Source: Flavobacteriales bacterium UBA1959 (GTDB taxonomy: Bacteria; Bacteroidota; Bacteroidia; Flavobacteriales_D; Sanyastnellaceae). From it: a DNA stretch of 45,672 bases. The stretch spans positions 1 through 45,672 of the forward strand of contig DDEH01000027.1 in the NCBI GenBank assembly GCA_002336085.1, given 5' to 3'. Position 1 is the stretch's first letter. Every line of letters starts with the position of its first letter. The position numbers and the translations under genes are program-made. Shown here piece after piece: positions 36,166 through 45,672 of the stretch. Below the pieces are notes generated by a model, which ran no database searches, was not told where the DNA came from, and worked only from the letters and a program-made list of their open reading frames with translations.

Positions 36166-36933
36166 TTATTGGGCAACAATGATACAGCGAGGACTGCTCT
36201 TGACCAAAGGAATCAAGTCATAATCTCCGAAAACTTCATCAAATTCAAAACCCGCTGAATGAAGCATCACCCTTAGGTATTCAGTAGAAAACGCTCTGAC
36301 CCGTTCAACGTGCAGCTGCTTTGTCCCGGTAATATCCTCAAATTGAATTGATTTCTCTATCCAACCATCAGCGATTCGTCGGTTAATTTCAAAATCCACT
36401 TCACCCTTTCGAATGCGTTCATGCGACACTAAATCCGTTTGAACCTGCTCAAGATTTAAAAAATCCAACACAAAAGTTCCATCTTTTCTCAGCACCGTTC
36501 GAATCGCCTCTAGCGTTCGCAAATGTTCCTCTTCTGTTTCAAAGTAACCAAAGCTCGTGAACATCATCGTCACCACATCAAATGAAGAAGGCTGAAAGAG
36601 CGTATCAATCTCACGCATGTCACCACATACGAATCGCAACGAAGAAGAATAATCAACATGGAGCTGCTTTGCCGCTTGGATACTGTTGCTGCTCAAATCC
36701 AATCCAGTAACGTGGTGGCCTTCAGCCGCCATTGAAGCCGCATGTCGTCCCTCACCGCACCCAATATCCATAATTGTTTGATTCGAAGAAGCTAAAATTG
36801 ATTGCTCTGAAAGCCGACGAATAAAACCACTTGCCTCTTCCTGAGAACGATGGCCGTAAAGCAAATGATATTCTCTTGTATTGAACCACTGCTTGAACCA
36901 GTCCGGATCGTTTTTCCACATGTATTTATTCAT
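36166..36933 (-). CDS. Class I SAM-dependent methyltransferase
   Basis: Motif I is IMDIGCGEGRH, with an acidic residue after strand 2 (VTGLDLS) and a post-I pattern. Its stop is 6 nt before the ZIP start. Confidence 0.8.
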   Translation of the reverse strand: MNKYMWKNDPDWFKQWFNTREYHLLYGHRSQEEASGFIRRLSEQSILASSNQTIMDIGCGEGRHAASMAAEGHHVTGLDLSSNSIQAAKQLHVDYSSSLRFVCGDMREIDTLFQPSSFDVVTMMFTSFGYFETEEEHLRTLEAIRTVLRKDGTFVLDFLNLEQVQTDLVSHERIRKGEVDFEINRRIADGWIEKSIQFEDITGTKQLHVERVRAFSTEYLRVMLHSAGFEFDEVFGDYDLIPLVKSSPRCIIVAQ

Positions 36934-36985
36934 TACTCATTCAATCTTCACCGCTAAGTTCGTATCTATCTCGTTACTTTGAGTC

Positions 36986-37549
36986 ATGTCTGTTGCAAAC
37001 CCAACCGAAATAGGTCCACGCGATTTACGTGCGGCGTATAATTTGGACGCTGGGCAAGCAAAGGCTCTGGAGTTTCTTTGGCGTGGGAATGTTCAAGAGT
37101 CCACAACGGCCTTCGTTTTAGAATGGATGGAGCATCGACTAAATGAATTGAAGGCCGAGTCATTGCAAAAAAAACGCATTCTTCGCGTTGCTATTGAAAT
37201 CCTCCAAAACTTACACCACCACGCACAATCGCCACATGAAAGCATTTCATTTGAAGTGGTAACGAATCACTCATCAACCTGGTGGATTCGATCGGAAAAT
37301 GCGATCACCTCTGAACAGGAAAGTTACTTGCAACAAACGCTCAATGCATTGAGCGCTGCCCACCCCGATCTATTGAGAACGATGCAAAGGGATAAGATTG
37401 CCCATCAGGAGCGAAGCGAACATGGTGGAGGCGGCGTCGGTCTAAATGAACTGATCCGAAAAAGTCTGGGACAAGTTTATGTTGAGTTTACTAGTTATAA
37501 TGACTTTGAAAGGCGTGTTGTTTTTATCACAAAACTAGAATTGAAATGA
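36986..37549 (+). CDS. SiaB-like GHKL-fold Ser/Thr protein kinase (partner-switch kinase)
   Basis: About 187 aa. It has an N-box-like ExxxNxxxH in AIEILQNLHHHA and a Gly-rich ATP-lid GGGGVGLNELIRKS. Its size and layout match the anti-sigma-type SiaB kinase family. Confidence 0.7.
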   Translation: MSVANPTEIGPRDLRAAYNLDAGQAKALEFLWRGNVQESTTAFVLEWMEHRLNELKAESLQKKRILRVAIEILQNLHHHAQSPHESISFEVVTNHSSTWWIRSENAITSEQESYLQQTLNALSAAHPDLLRTMQRDKIAHQERSEHGGGGVGLNELIRKSLGQVYVEFTSYNDFERRVVFITKLELK

Positions 37550-37917
37550 GCGAAATATTACTTGAAATGACGGCGAAAACGCCGGAGGTAAAATTTTCAA
37601 AAAATCCGATCTCGATGTCCTTAAAAGGACGTTCAATTCCAGAAAACTCGATTGATTTTTACAAACCATTGCTTGAATGGGTAGAATCAAATGTTGGAGA
37701 AAGTGAGAGTAGCGTGGCCATCTCGGTCAAGCTTGAGTATTTCAATACAAGTAGCAGCAAATGCCTAATGGATTTGTTTAAGCGCATTGAAAAAGTTGCG
37801 CCTCAAGCAAGTGTTGACTGGTATTACGAGGAAGAAGACGAAGACATGCTCGAAGCAGGTGAAGACTATGATGCGATCATTGACATTCCTTTCCGATTGA
37901 TTGCGACGACAGCCTAG
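37546..37917 (+). CDS. SiaC-like regulatory phosphoprotein (DUF1987)
   Basis: 123 aa with GRSIPENSIDFYKPLLEWV and LEYFNTSSSKCLMDLF, the segment that carries the phospho-Thr in characterised SiaC. ATGA overlaps the kinase gene. Confidence 0.75.
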   Translation: MSEILLEMTAKTPEVKFSKNPISMSLKGRSIPENSIDFYKPLLEWVESNVGESESSVAISVKLEYFNTSSSKCLMDLFKRIEKVAPQASVDWYYEEEDEDMLEAGEDYDAIIDIPFRLIATTA

Positions 37918-37920
37918 GAA

Positions 37921-40848
37921 TTATTCCATCGATCTGCCCCATCCGAGTCGCTCTGGAATACGATTCGCCAAGGCCATATACATCAGAAGTACCATGGTCC
38001 ATAAAACCAACCGGTTAAATACTGTAGTGCTCATCTCCACGCTAGCAAATTGCTTTATCGGTGCATAAAACGGTGCGTCCCACGCCTGTCGCCCCATGGG
38101 CAACTGATGGATAAATGACGTTTCCTGTACCAAGCCGCGGTCAGTCAAAGAAACCCGGCGTGTTCGATCTGTTTGCATGACCCACGAATGCAAGGCTGCA
38201 TTATGGTACTCGTCCTTAAGCTCTTTTAAATCCACCTCTTGAGACATTGCTCGCCGTATGGAATCGCGTGTTTGAAATGCAAATTTGTATGAGGCCTTAA
38301 ATGCTTCCCTTAACTCACTTGGAGTTGCTATTGAATCCGTTTCGTACCCCCAAGAAGCCAGCTCCATTTTTGCCGAGTGAAACTCTTCATTGCGCAATTT
38401 AGAATCCTTGAGATCTAGAAAGGATTTGTACCAAAAATCACGTCGCCAAGCAGACCTCTCCAATTCGTCTTCACAGGCCATAAAGGGAGAATCCGCTTTG
38501 TTGTTGCGAGCTAAATCCACGGCAATGCCTTCAAACCCCCACCTCGAAGCCATGAGATTTCCGATCCAAGGGACACGATCAACTTGGGTAAAGGCAGGAT
38601 TGAATCGGTCAAAACGAATGATAGCTCCTCCAAATATAATTTGAGGAATGATCAGCAAAGGAATCATAATGTATATCGTCTTAGCGGAGCGCATCGCCGA
38701 AGACAAATTGAGTCCCAATAAATTGGCAAACGCACTGAGGCTAAATAAGGTCAAAAACATCGTGCCAAATGCATCTGGTATCTCCAATATTAAAATCGAA
38801 ATTGATGCATACATAAAGCTTTGAACAGCCGAAAGACCAAACATCAATGCTATTTTAGAAGTCAAGTATGCGTTCCAATTGAGCTTTAAAAACCTTTCTC
38901 TTTTGAGAAGCGGACGGTCCCTGAAAATTTCTTCAGCGCTAAAACTGAGGCCTAAAAACAATGAAACAATTACCGAAATAAATAGAAACTGTGGAAGGTT
39001 TTCACTCAAACGATAAGAGTAAGCTGCTCCTCCATCTTGAAATCGCGTAAACGTTGCCAAAAACAGAGCCAATAATGGAGCCTGTAACAGATTCATAAGG
39101 ACATATTGCCGATTGCTTCGTTTCGCTTTAAAGTCACGGCGCCAATAAACACTCCACTGTTTCCACCAAGCCGGAGCTTGCAAGGAAACGGGCATCTCTA
39201 CAATTGGCTCATTCACCTCCACTCCATTGCTGATAAGGACATTGTAAAAGTCAAACCATTCTTCCGGTGAAACCCGTCGGTTCTCTGTGACTTGACCGTA
39301 CTCATCAACCATACACGATTCAATGATCTCGAAAATTGATTCCGGATTCACTGTTCCGCAATCCCTACAGACCAAATCTGTGGACTGAACCTGGTTGGAC
39401 AATTGCTTGAAATAAGCAAGACTCTGCAACGGATTCCCTTGAAATACTGGATAACCTCCAGAATCAAGTAAAAGCAATCGATCAAATAGCTTAAAAATAT
39501 CTGAACTAGGTTGATGAATGACCACAAAAATCAACTTACCACGCAAGGCCAATTCCTTTAACAAATCCATGATTTGCTCACTGTCGCGGCTAGACAAACC
39601 ACTGGTAGGCTCATCAACAAAAAGTACGGAAGGTTCACGTATCAGTTCCAAAGCAATGTTCAAACGCTTGCGCTGACCACCAGAAATTGTTTTGTCCATA
39701 ACGGAACCCACACGCAGATGACGAATGTCCCATAGGCCCAAGTTTTTAAGCGTTTGATTCACTTGAGAATCGATGTCCTCTGACCGCCAGCCACCCAAGC
39801 TCAATTCTGCGCTGAAGCGAAGATTTTCGTGAACCGATAGTTCTGAGATCAAGACGTCATCTTGGGCAATGTGACCTATAAGACCTGTGGATGCATTCGA
39901 GTGGCGATAAATGCAGCGACCATTTAATAGAACCTTTCCGAATGTTGGCTCTTGAGATCCATTAAGAATATTAAGAAGAGTAGATTTACCCGAACCACTC
40001 GATCCCATGATACCGATTAGCTCTCCTTCTGAAGCCTCAATGGTCATTGGTCGCAAAGCGGGTTCAGCAGGATATTTGAAGAAATGAGCAATATCAAGCG
40101 CACTAAATGTGATGCGATCATTGTCTGCAGTTTGCAAAGATCCATGCTTAAGTACATCACTAAAAAACAATGAGTGACCATTTGAATCTTTCACAACGCT
40201 GCCTTGGGTCATTGCCAAACAACATCCCGTTGCGACGCCAATACCATTCAAACGCAAATCACCCCGTTCAAGATCCTTGATGAAGAACATGTCCTCGACC
40301 GAAGTGCGACAAACAAGCAATGGAGTCTCGTCATGTCCAGGACTAATCTCAACAGAAAAAATAGCCCCTCCTGCCATCTCAAAAGGGAGGGCTTCATCCA
40401 AAGAATCAATTTTTGTCAAATTCTTTACATTGCTCAGGTCGCTATCAAGAAGATTCAATGCTTGACCTACCGCATTCAAAAAACTATCAGAGTCATCAAT
40501 CGTTCCTGTCGTTTTGGCCAGTTCCGCCAATCGAGTAAAAACAACCAATCGATCCTTGGACGTCAACTCTCCTTTGATTTGATTGCACAGAACCAATAAT
40601 TTCACAGAAAGCTTGGACCGACGTTTTGCGACCAAAGTCTCATCCACAGAAGAAGGCATCTTCCGGTTAAACTTCACAAGTGCTTCGTCGTAACGCTTGA
40701 GGTAATCCTCTGTAACGAGCCGCGATAGCCGTCCTAACAAGTAACGACTTGCTGCCTGACGCCCGAGCATTGCCTCCCTTGCGCTTCTTCCAGCAGCAAA
40801 GAGTGCGAATAATCGCATTAACGCATCGAGTATACCGGTAGTCATCAT
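37921..40848 (-). CDS. Fused ABC transporter (ABCG-like NBD-TMD) with about 270-aa N-terminal extension
   Basis: Walker A GSSGSGKST, signature SGGQRKR, Walker B LFVDEPTSGLS and H-loop IHQPS. An ABC-2-type membrane domain follows, with a large loop before the last TM. Confidence 0.85.
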   Translation of the reverse strand: MMTTGILDALMRLFALFAAGRSAREAMLGRQAASRYLLGRLSRLVTEDYLKRYDEALVKFNRKMPSSVDETLVAKRRSKLSVKLLVLCNQIKGELTSKDRLVVFTRLAELAKTTGTIDDSDSFLNAVGQALNLLDSDLSNVKNLTKIDSLDEALPFEMAGGAIFSVEISPGHDETPLLVCRTSVEDMFFIKDLERGDLRLNGIGVATGCCLAMTQGSVVKDSNGHSLFFSDVLKHGSLQTADNDRITFSALDIAHFFKYPAEPALRPMTIEASEGELIGIMGSSGSGKSTLLNILNGSQEPTFGKVLLNGRCIYRHSNASTGLIGHIAQDDVLISELSVHENLRFSAELSLGGWRSEDIDSQVNQTLKNLGLWDIRHLRVGSVMDKTISGGQRKRLNIALELIREPSVLFVDEPTSGLSSRDSEQIMDLLKELALRGKLIFVVIHQPSSDIFKLFDRLLLLDSGGYPVFQGNPLQSLAYFKQLSNQVQSTDLVCRDCGTVNPESIFEIIESCMVDEYGQVTENRRVSPEEWFDFYNVLISNGVEVNEPIVEMPVSLQAPAWWKQWSVYWRRDFKAKRSNRQYVLMNLLQAPLLALFLATFTRFQDGGAAYSYRLSENLPQFLFISVIVSLFLGLSFSAEEIFRDRPLLKRERFLKLNWNAYLTSKIALMFGLSAVQSFMYASISILILEIPDAFGTMFLTLFSLSAFANLLGLNLSSAMRSAKTIYIMIPLLIIPQIIFGGAIIRFDRFNPAFTQVDRVPWIGNLMASRWGFEGIAVDLARNNKADSPFMACEDELERSAWRRDFWYKSFLDLKDSKLRNEEFHSAKMELASWGYETDSIATPSELREAFKASYKFAFQTRDSIRRAMSQEVDLKELKDEYHNAALHSWVMQTDRTRRVSLTDRGLVQETSFIHQLPMGRQAWDAPFYAPIKQFASVEMSTTVFNRLVLWTMVLLMYMALANRIPERLGWGRSME

Positions 40849-40896
40849 TGTGACCCAATACGAAACTTAAATCAAAAAGGTTACGGAGCTTTGGCG

Positions 40897-42459
40897 TTAG
40901 AATTGCCTTTCATAACACCCTTTATCAGGGTTACCGATAATTCGTGGGTTTCCATCTAAATCAACGGGAATCGAAAATTGACTAAAAGAACCGTCCCAAA
41001 GCGAATTATTGGAATCGATGTGGAAGTCACGCGAGGTCACAGAAACAAAAGGAGGAACCTGATCCTGCGTGCAGTTCTCTAAAATCGCTTGAGGAAATTC
41101 TTCGTCGTCCACATCAATTGCGGAATGCCTTATAATAGGATCCACAGGTGGATTTAAAATACTCACCACGAGCTCGTCAAAATCAGTTAATGCATAGTTA
41201 TTTCCCCAGAAAATACAATTATTAAATATACTTCCAGCAAGAGAACGTTGTTGAATCTGACCGTTGATATCCTCGTACCAATCTGTTATCAGCACGGATG
41301 GAGCCTGACGGACCCCCTGAGACCAATAGTTCACAAAGGAACAATGGTCCAAGCGGTAAGTGCCGCCAAGCGTAAATGCGGCTGTCGTTTGACCACAATC
41401 GTAAAAAAGGTTGTTATACCCATCAATTGTCGCGCCTTGCGCTAGCAAGCCTATGGCACTCATGTTATGAATTTGCGTGTTTTGAATAGTAAGAGCGGCT
41501 GCCGAAGAAGTTCCAGCAGTATCCACCTGCAAGCCTATGGTTCCATTCTTTAATATCGCATGCCGTATTTCACAATTAACGCCTCCAAAAAGCCAGATTC
41601 CACCGCGTTGAGCAGTGACTTCTTCCACACCGTATTCCGTTTCAAATTCAAAACTCAATTCAATCCCCCACTGTCCCGCATAATCCTCGTACCCTTCATC
41701 CAACCGATCACCTTGAAAAACAACCTCCTCCCCCAATTGACCGGCGATATTGAGGGTTGACTGATACACAAGCAATCCTCCACCATCGTGCACATGAACT
41801 TGGGTTCCCGGCAAAATGGTCAAGGAACAGCCGGGTTCTACTTCGACAATTCCATAAATAACATGAGGCAAGTCTGCCGCCCATGTTTCCTCACAAGAGG
41901 GCAGGGCATTGATCTCTCCCAATCCTCCATGAAAATATGCGTTTTGACCCCAAGCGGCCAAAGTCACCTTTTGTTGATTCCCATTGGTCACGAATTGAAT
42001 GCAATCTTCAATAACAAATGGCAGGCTGCCCATGGTTGGATCTACAGTAACCTCAATGAAAATCCAAAGACTATCCTCTGCAAGGATTGGCCAATTGTCG
42101 ACGGATGGACCTACCGCTCCGTCAACGTTGATACGAAAGGCAGATTCCTCACCTCCTTCTAAGAAGATCTCGTCAATTAATACAGCACTCCCATTAGGGT
42201 TATAAACCTTTAGAGGGAGCGTAACGGAGCCCACTGTTGCAAACACCGTGTCAAAAAGAATCGTATCCGCTGAAAACTGCAATGACAAACTCGAATCGTC
42301 AGAATACGTGACTTTTCCGCACCCCGAAACCATGGCAAGAGCCGAGGCAAAAAGCAATCCGGCAACGGCAATTGCCAATCTATTCCGAGTTAAAAACAAA
42401 AATTCCATTTCCATTGGTAGTAAGGAACAAAGTCCGTTCAAAGATGCTACAGTTTGCAT
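40897..42459 (-). CDS. Lipoprotein with right-handed parallel beta-helix repeats
   Basis: The signal peptide has a lipobox (LAMVSGC). It has repeated N/G/I-rich beta-helix-like turns (ILKNGTIGLQVD, IQNTQIHNMSAIGL). ATG 42414 and 42408 are alternative starts. Confidence 0.55.
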   Translation of the reverse strand: MQTVASLNGLCSLLPMEMEFLFLTRNRLAIAVAGLLFASALAMVSGCGKVTYSDDSSLSLQFSADTILFDTVFATVGSVTLPLKVYNPNGSAVLIDEIFLEGGEESAFRINVDGAVGPSVDNWPILAEDSLWIFIEVTVDPTMGSLPFVIEDCIQFVTNGNQQKVTLAAWGQNAYFHGGLGEINALPSCEETWAADLPHVIYGIVEVEPGCSLTILPGTQVHVHDGGGLLVYQSTLNIAGQLGEEVVFQGDRLDEGYEDYAGQWGIELSFEFETEYGVEEVTAQRGGIWLFGGVNCEIRHAILKNGTIGLQVDTAGTSSAAALTIQNTQIHNMSAIGLLAQGATIDGYNNLFYDCGQTTAAFTLGGTYRLDHCSFVNYWSQGVRQAPSVLITDWYEDINGQIQQRSLAGSIFNNCIFWGNNYALTDFDELVVSILNPPVDPIIRHSAIDVDDEEFPQAILENCTQDQVPPFVSVTSRDFHIDSNNSLWDGSFSQFSIPVDLDGNPRIIGNPDKGCYERQF

Positions 42460-42529
42460 TCAAAACGAAAATAGGATTGAAGAATTGTACATCCAGTATT
42501 GAAGGCATCGAAGGACCATCACTTAAGTC

Positions 42530-42570
42530 AAAAAAAGCCATGCTCCCGGAAGGATGCATGGCTTTTTTTT
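42530..42570. terminator. Strong bidirectional intrinsic terminator between rpoD and the lipoprotein gene
   Basis: A 7-A run is followed by the stem GCCATGC(TCC)...(GGA)TGCATGGC and then 8 T. It lies 20 nt past the rpoD stop. Confidence 0.8.
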
Positions 42571-42589
42571 AAATACAATACAACGAAAC

Positions 42590-43459
42590 TTACCCCAAAT
42601 AACTTTTCAGAATACGGCTTCTACTTGTATGCTTCAGTCTTCGGATAGCCTTCTCTTTGATCTGTCTAACACGCTCGCGGGTCAAATCAAAGCGCTCACC
42701 AATTTCTTCGAGTGTCATCGGGTGCTCACCATTCAAACCGAAGTAAAGTCGGATAACATCCCCTTCCCGAGGAGTTAACGTGCGCAGAGATCGTTCAATT
42801 TCCTTTCGCAACGATTCCGTCATCAAATCCGTGTCAGGCGCTGGAGTATCCCCCGTTCGCATCACATCATACATGTTGCTTGAGGACTCATCACCATCCT
42901 TCAAAGGAGCGTCCATGGAGACGTGCCGCCCTGCATTCTTCATGCTCTGCTTCACCTCGTCCAATGTCATGTCCAGCGTCTCGGCCAATTCAGCTGCCGT
43001 TGGAGGCCGCTCAAATTCTTGTTCCAAACGAGCAAACGCCTTGTTGATTTTGTTGATCGAACCAATCTTATTCAGTGGCAAACGAACAATTCGACTTTGC
43101 TCTGCCAATGCTTGCAAAATGCTCTGACGAATCCACCAAACCGCATAAGAAATGAATTTAAAACCTCGCGTTTCATCAAAACGCTGTGCAGCCTTGATCA
43201 AACCCAAGTTCCCCTCATTGATCAAGTCTGGCAACGAAAGTCCCTGATTTTGATATTGCTTAGATACGGAAACCACAAAACGAAGATTGGCTTTGGTAAG
43301 TTTCTCAAGAGCAACTTGATCGCCCTTTTTAATCCTTCGCGCTAATTCGACCTCTTCCTCAGCGGTGATCAAATCAACTCGTCCAATTTCTTGAAGGTAT
43401 TTATCCAACGACGCGGTCTCACGGTTGGTTACCTGCTTTGTAATTTTAAGCTGCCTCAT
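42590..43459 (-). CDS. rpoD: Primary RNA polymerase sigma factor (compact Bacteroidota RpoD)
   Basis: Region 2 reads [12 protein letters not shown]...[10 protein letters not shown]...[11 protein letters not shown]. Region 4 reads [27 protein letters not shown]. Confidence 0.95.
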   Translation of the reverse strand: MRQLKITKQVTNRETASLDKYLQEIGRVDLITAEEEVELARRIKKGDQVALEKLTKANLRFVVSVSKQYQNQGLSLPDLINEGNLGLIKAAQRFDETRGFKFISYAVWWIRQSILQALAEQSRIVRLPLNKIGSINKINKAFARLEQEFERPPTAAELAETLDMTLDEVKQSMKNAGRHVSMDAPLKDGDESSSNMYDVMRTGDTPAPDTDLMTESLRKEIERSLRTLTPREGDVIRLYFGLNGEHPMTLEEIGERFDLTRERVRQIKEKAIRRLKHTSRSRILKSYLG

Positions 43460-43524
43460 TTATTGGATGCCTTTTTAATCAATTCTACGTAAGCTTCTAA
43501 TATCTACTCTAAGCCTCGAACAGG

Positions 43525-45672
43525 TTACTCCGAATCCGAAGATGAACCTTCTTCGCGTCTTGGCCCACGATCTCGGCCTCGGTCGCTACGCGCCCCTCGG
43601 TCTCGATCTCCACGCCCTCCTCGGTCTCGATCTCCACGATCTCCACGAGAGCGTTCTGGACGCTCAACATATCCTTCGGGTTTTGGCATCAACACCTTTC
43701 TACTCAACTTAATCTTTCCGGTTTTGTCATCACGTCCAACAACTTTGAACTTGACTACTTCACCTTCTTTCAGGATATCTTCAACGCGATCAACCCGATT
43801 CCAATCCAATTCTGAAACATGGAGCAAACCATCTTGCCCTGGAATTATTTCAACAAATGCGCCGTATGGCATAATGCTTTTGACCTTTCCTTCATACTCT
43901 TCACCGATTGAAACGGTCGGAGGGAAAGCAATCGCTTTAATTTTCGCAACAGCCGCTTCAATGGCAGATTTATTGGATGCTGAAATTTCTACAATTCCCT
44001 TTCCATCAACGTCTTCAATACTGATAACCGTTTCGGTATCCGCCTGAATTTCTTGGATGATCTTACCCCCTGGGCCAATGATAGGACCAATAGATTCACC
44101 AGGAACTTGTAAGGCAACAATACGAGGGGCGTGATCTTTGTAATCTGCTCGAGGCTCCGAAAGGCTGTGAAGCATTTCACGGCGAACATGATGACGACCT
44201 TCTCGAGCCTGTTCCAGAGCTTCGCGCAATTGTTGGAAACTCAAACCTTTGATCTTGATATCCATCTGACAAGCAGTAATACCCTTCTCCGTTCCAGTGA
44301 CTTTGAAGTCCATATCGCCAAGGTGATCTTCGTCACCTAAGATATCAGAGAGAACAACATATTTGCCAGAGTCCTTATCTGTAATCAAACCCATGGCAAT
44401 TCCAGATACAGGTGCCTTGATTGGAATGCCGCCATCCATCAGCGCCAGTGTGCCTGCGCAAACTGTAGCCATTGAAGATGAACCATTGGATTCCAAAATC
44501 TCACTTACCAATCGGATAGTGTATGGGCACTCGTCAACCGGAGGAAGAATTGGCTTCAGAGCGCGCAGCGCAAGGTTGCCGTGTCCCACCTCTCTTCGAC
44601 TTGTCCCACGCAATGGACGCTCTTCTCCAGTTGAAAACGGAGGAAAGTTGTAATGCAATAAGAATTTCTCAGTCTTTCGAATCAAAGCACCGTCGATCAG
44701 TTGCTCATCTAATTTTGTCCCAAGTGTAAGAGTTGTCAATGACTGTGTCTCACCACGTGTGAAAATTGAACTCCCGTGAGTACCTGGCAGGTAATCCACT
44801 TCTGTCCAAATCGCGCGAATATCGGTTGGCTTTCGTCCGTCCAATCGGGTGTTTTCATTGAGCAACAAATCCCGAATAGCTTTCTTCTGAACAGCGCTAA
44901 TGTACTGACGCAGCATGAAAGCCTTCTCGCTTCGCTCTTCTGAAGTGAGAGTTTCCATGAACGAATCTTTCAAGGATTTGAATGAGGCTTTTCGCTCTTC
45001 CTTCGTTTTTCCGTCTTGAGCAGCTTTGTAAAACGCATCGGTCAATGCAGCGTTTACACGTGAACGCAAATCTTCGTCATGGTTTTCATGGGAATATTCA
45101 CGCTGAACGCCATAGTGACCCGTGCTTTTCGCCAAAGCTATTTGCGCTTCACATTGCGCTTGTATTGCCTTGTGAGCCGCTTCGATGGCGTCAACCATTT
45201 CGTCTTCACTCACCTCAGACATTTCACCCTCTACCATGACAATGCTGTCCATGCTTCCGGCAACCATCATATCCATATCTGCACTCTCGAGTTCTGTGCG
45301 CTGAGGATTGATGACGAACACACCGTTGATTCGTGCTACTCGCACTTCTGATATCGGACCGTCAAAAGGGATATCACTTACTGCCAAACAAGCAGAAGCA
45401 GCCAAGCCTGCGAGGCTATCCGGCAACACTTCAGCGTCAGACGACATCAATTGAATCATCACTTGCGTTCCCGCGTGATAATCTGACGGAAATGTGGGCC
45501 GCAATGCGCGATCCACCAATCGCATAACTAGAACTTCCGTATCCGATGGACGTGCTTCACGCTTGAAGAATCCACCTGGGAAACGTCCTGCCGCTGCATA
45601 TTTCTCGCGGTAATCTACCGTAAGTGGTAAAAAGTCCATGTCCTCACGCACTTCATGCGAAGAAACTGCTGT
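43525..45672 (-). CDS. pnp: Polyribonucleotide nucleotidyltransferase (PNPase); N-terminus beyond the window; Arg/Asp-rich C-terminal tail
   Basis: The frame is open to the window edge. It contains [26 protein letters not shown], two RNase PH domains, a KH domain ([11 protein letters not shown]) and an S1 domain ([15 protein letters not shown]). Confidence 0.95.
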   Translation of the reverse strand, partial: TAVSSHEVREDMDFLPLTVDYREKYAAAGRFPGGFFKREARPSDTEVLVMRLVDRALRPTFPSDYHAGTQVMIQLMSSDAEVLPDSLAGLAASACLAVSDIPFDGPISEVRVARINGVFVINPQRTELESADMDMMVAGSMDSIVMVEGEMSEVSEDEMVDAIEAAHKAIQAQCEAQIALAKSTGHYGVQREYSHENHDEDLRSRVNAALTDAFYKAAQDGKTKEERKASFKSLKDSFMETLTSEERSEKAFMLRQYISAVQKKAIRDLLLNENTRLDGRKPTDIRAIWTEVDYLPGTHGSSIFTRGETQSLTTLTLGTKLDEQLIDGALIRKTEKFLLHYNFPPFSTGEERPLRGTSRREVGHGNLALRALKPILPPVDECPYTIRLVSEILESNGSSSMATVCAGTLALMDGGIPIKAPVSGIAMGLITDKDSGKYVVLSDILGDEDHLGDMDFKVTGTEKGITACQMDIKIKGLSFQQLREALEQAREGRHHVRREMLHSLSEPRADYKDHAPRIVALQVPGESIGPIIGPGGKIIQEIQADTETVISIEDVDGKGIVEISASNKSAIEAAVAKIKAIAFPPTVSIGEEYEGKVKSIMPYGAFVEIIPGQDGLLHVSELDWNRVDRVEDILKEGEVVKFKVVGRDDKTGKIKLSRKVLMPKPEGYVERPERSRGDRGDRDRGGRGDRDRGARSDRGRDRGPRREEGSSSDSE
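43594..43647. repeat. In-frame tandem repeat in the pnp 3' end
   Basis: The 20-nt CCTCGGTCTCGATCTCCACG occurs at 43595-43614 and 43619-43638, a 24-nt period of 8 codons. An extra ATCTCCACG copy lies at 43639-43647. Confidence 0.85.

Noticed and set aside
3414-43345. Long antisense or alternate-frame ORFs inside well-supported genes (3414-3872, 5110-5502, 8841-9236, 15018-15401, 29690-30076, 31474-31869, 34408-34975, 40204-40599, 41788-42162, 42923-43345)
   Set aside because: Each lies wholly within a gene that has clear family motifs. Their products are low-complexity or Ser/Arg/Cys-rich. They are the shadow ORFs expected by chance at this GC content.
1-45672. Searched by eye for CRISPR repeats, IS termini, toxin-antitoxin pairs, retron/DGR-like reverse transcriptases, restriction-modification or other defence genes, and riboswitch-length leaders
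   Set aside because: None were found. All non-coding gaps are under 300 bp, and every large ORF has a plausible housekeeping, secreted-protein or signalling assignment. The lone methyltransferase (36166-36933) has no nuclease partner and looks like a small-molecule or protein methyltransferase.

Overview
The window is a gene-dense chromosomal segment with 37 protein genes and one tRNA. I recognise no transposase, integrase, CRISPR array, rRNA or classical defence gene. Several signals point to Bacteroidota, probably a Flavobacteriia-like lineage. These are type-A and type-B T9SS C-terminal sorting domains, TAnnTTTG promoter-like motifs, a split transketolase, clpC divergent from gyrA-TPR, and pnp-rpoD synteny. 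Most genes are housekeeping: rnz, ilvE, msrA, split tkt, ychF, rhomboid, ftsB-like, clpC, gyrA, HMG-CoA lyase, rpoD and pnp. A block of secreted proteins flanks tRNA-Ser(UGA) at about 20-29.5 kb: an S1 protease, an esterase, a GH16 laminarinase and a PKD/CHU_C protein. I cannot show a clear new multi-gene system from sequence alone. The best candidate is an orphan SiaB/SiaC-like kinase/phosphoprotein pair (36986-37917). It lacks the SiaA phosphatase and SiaD cyclase partners and abuts a large ABC exporter with an unexplained N-terminal module plus a beta-helix lipoprotein. Other points worth follow-up are listed here.
- An intact DapA-family ORF has lost every canonical catalytic residue.
- A secreted vWA protein is translationally coupled inside the split-transketolase operon.
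- A GWxTD protein is coupled to a GT2 glycosyltransferase.
- A transcribed 3' spacer behind the ZIP transporter carries a small His-rich ORF.
- PNPase has a tandem-repeat-encoded Arg/Asp tail.
All family assignments come from motif recognition by eye and need HMM or BLAST confirmation.
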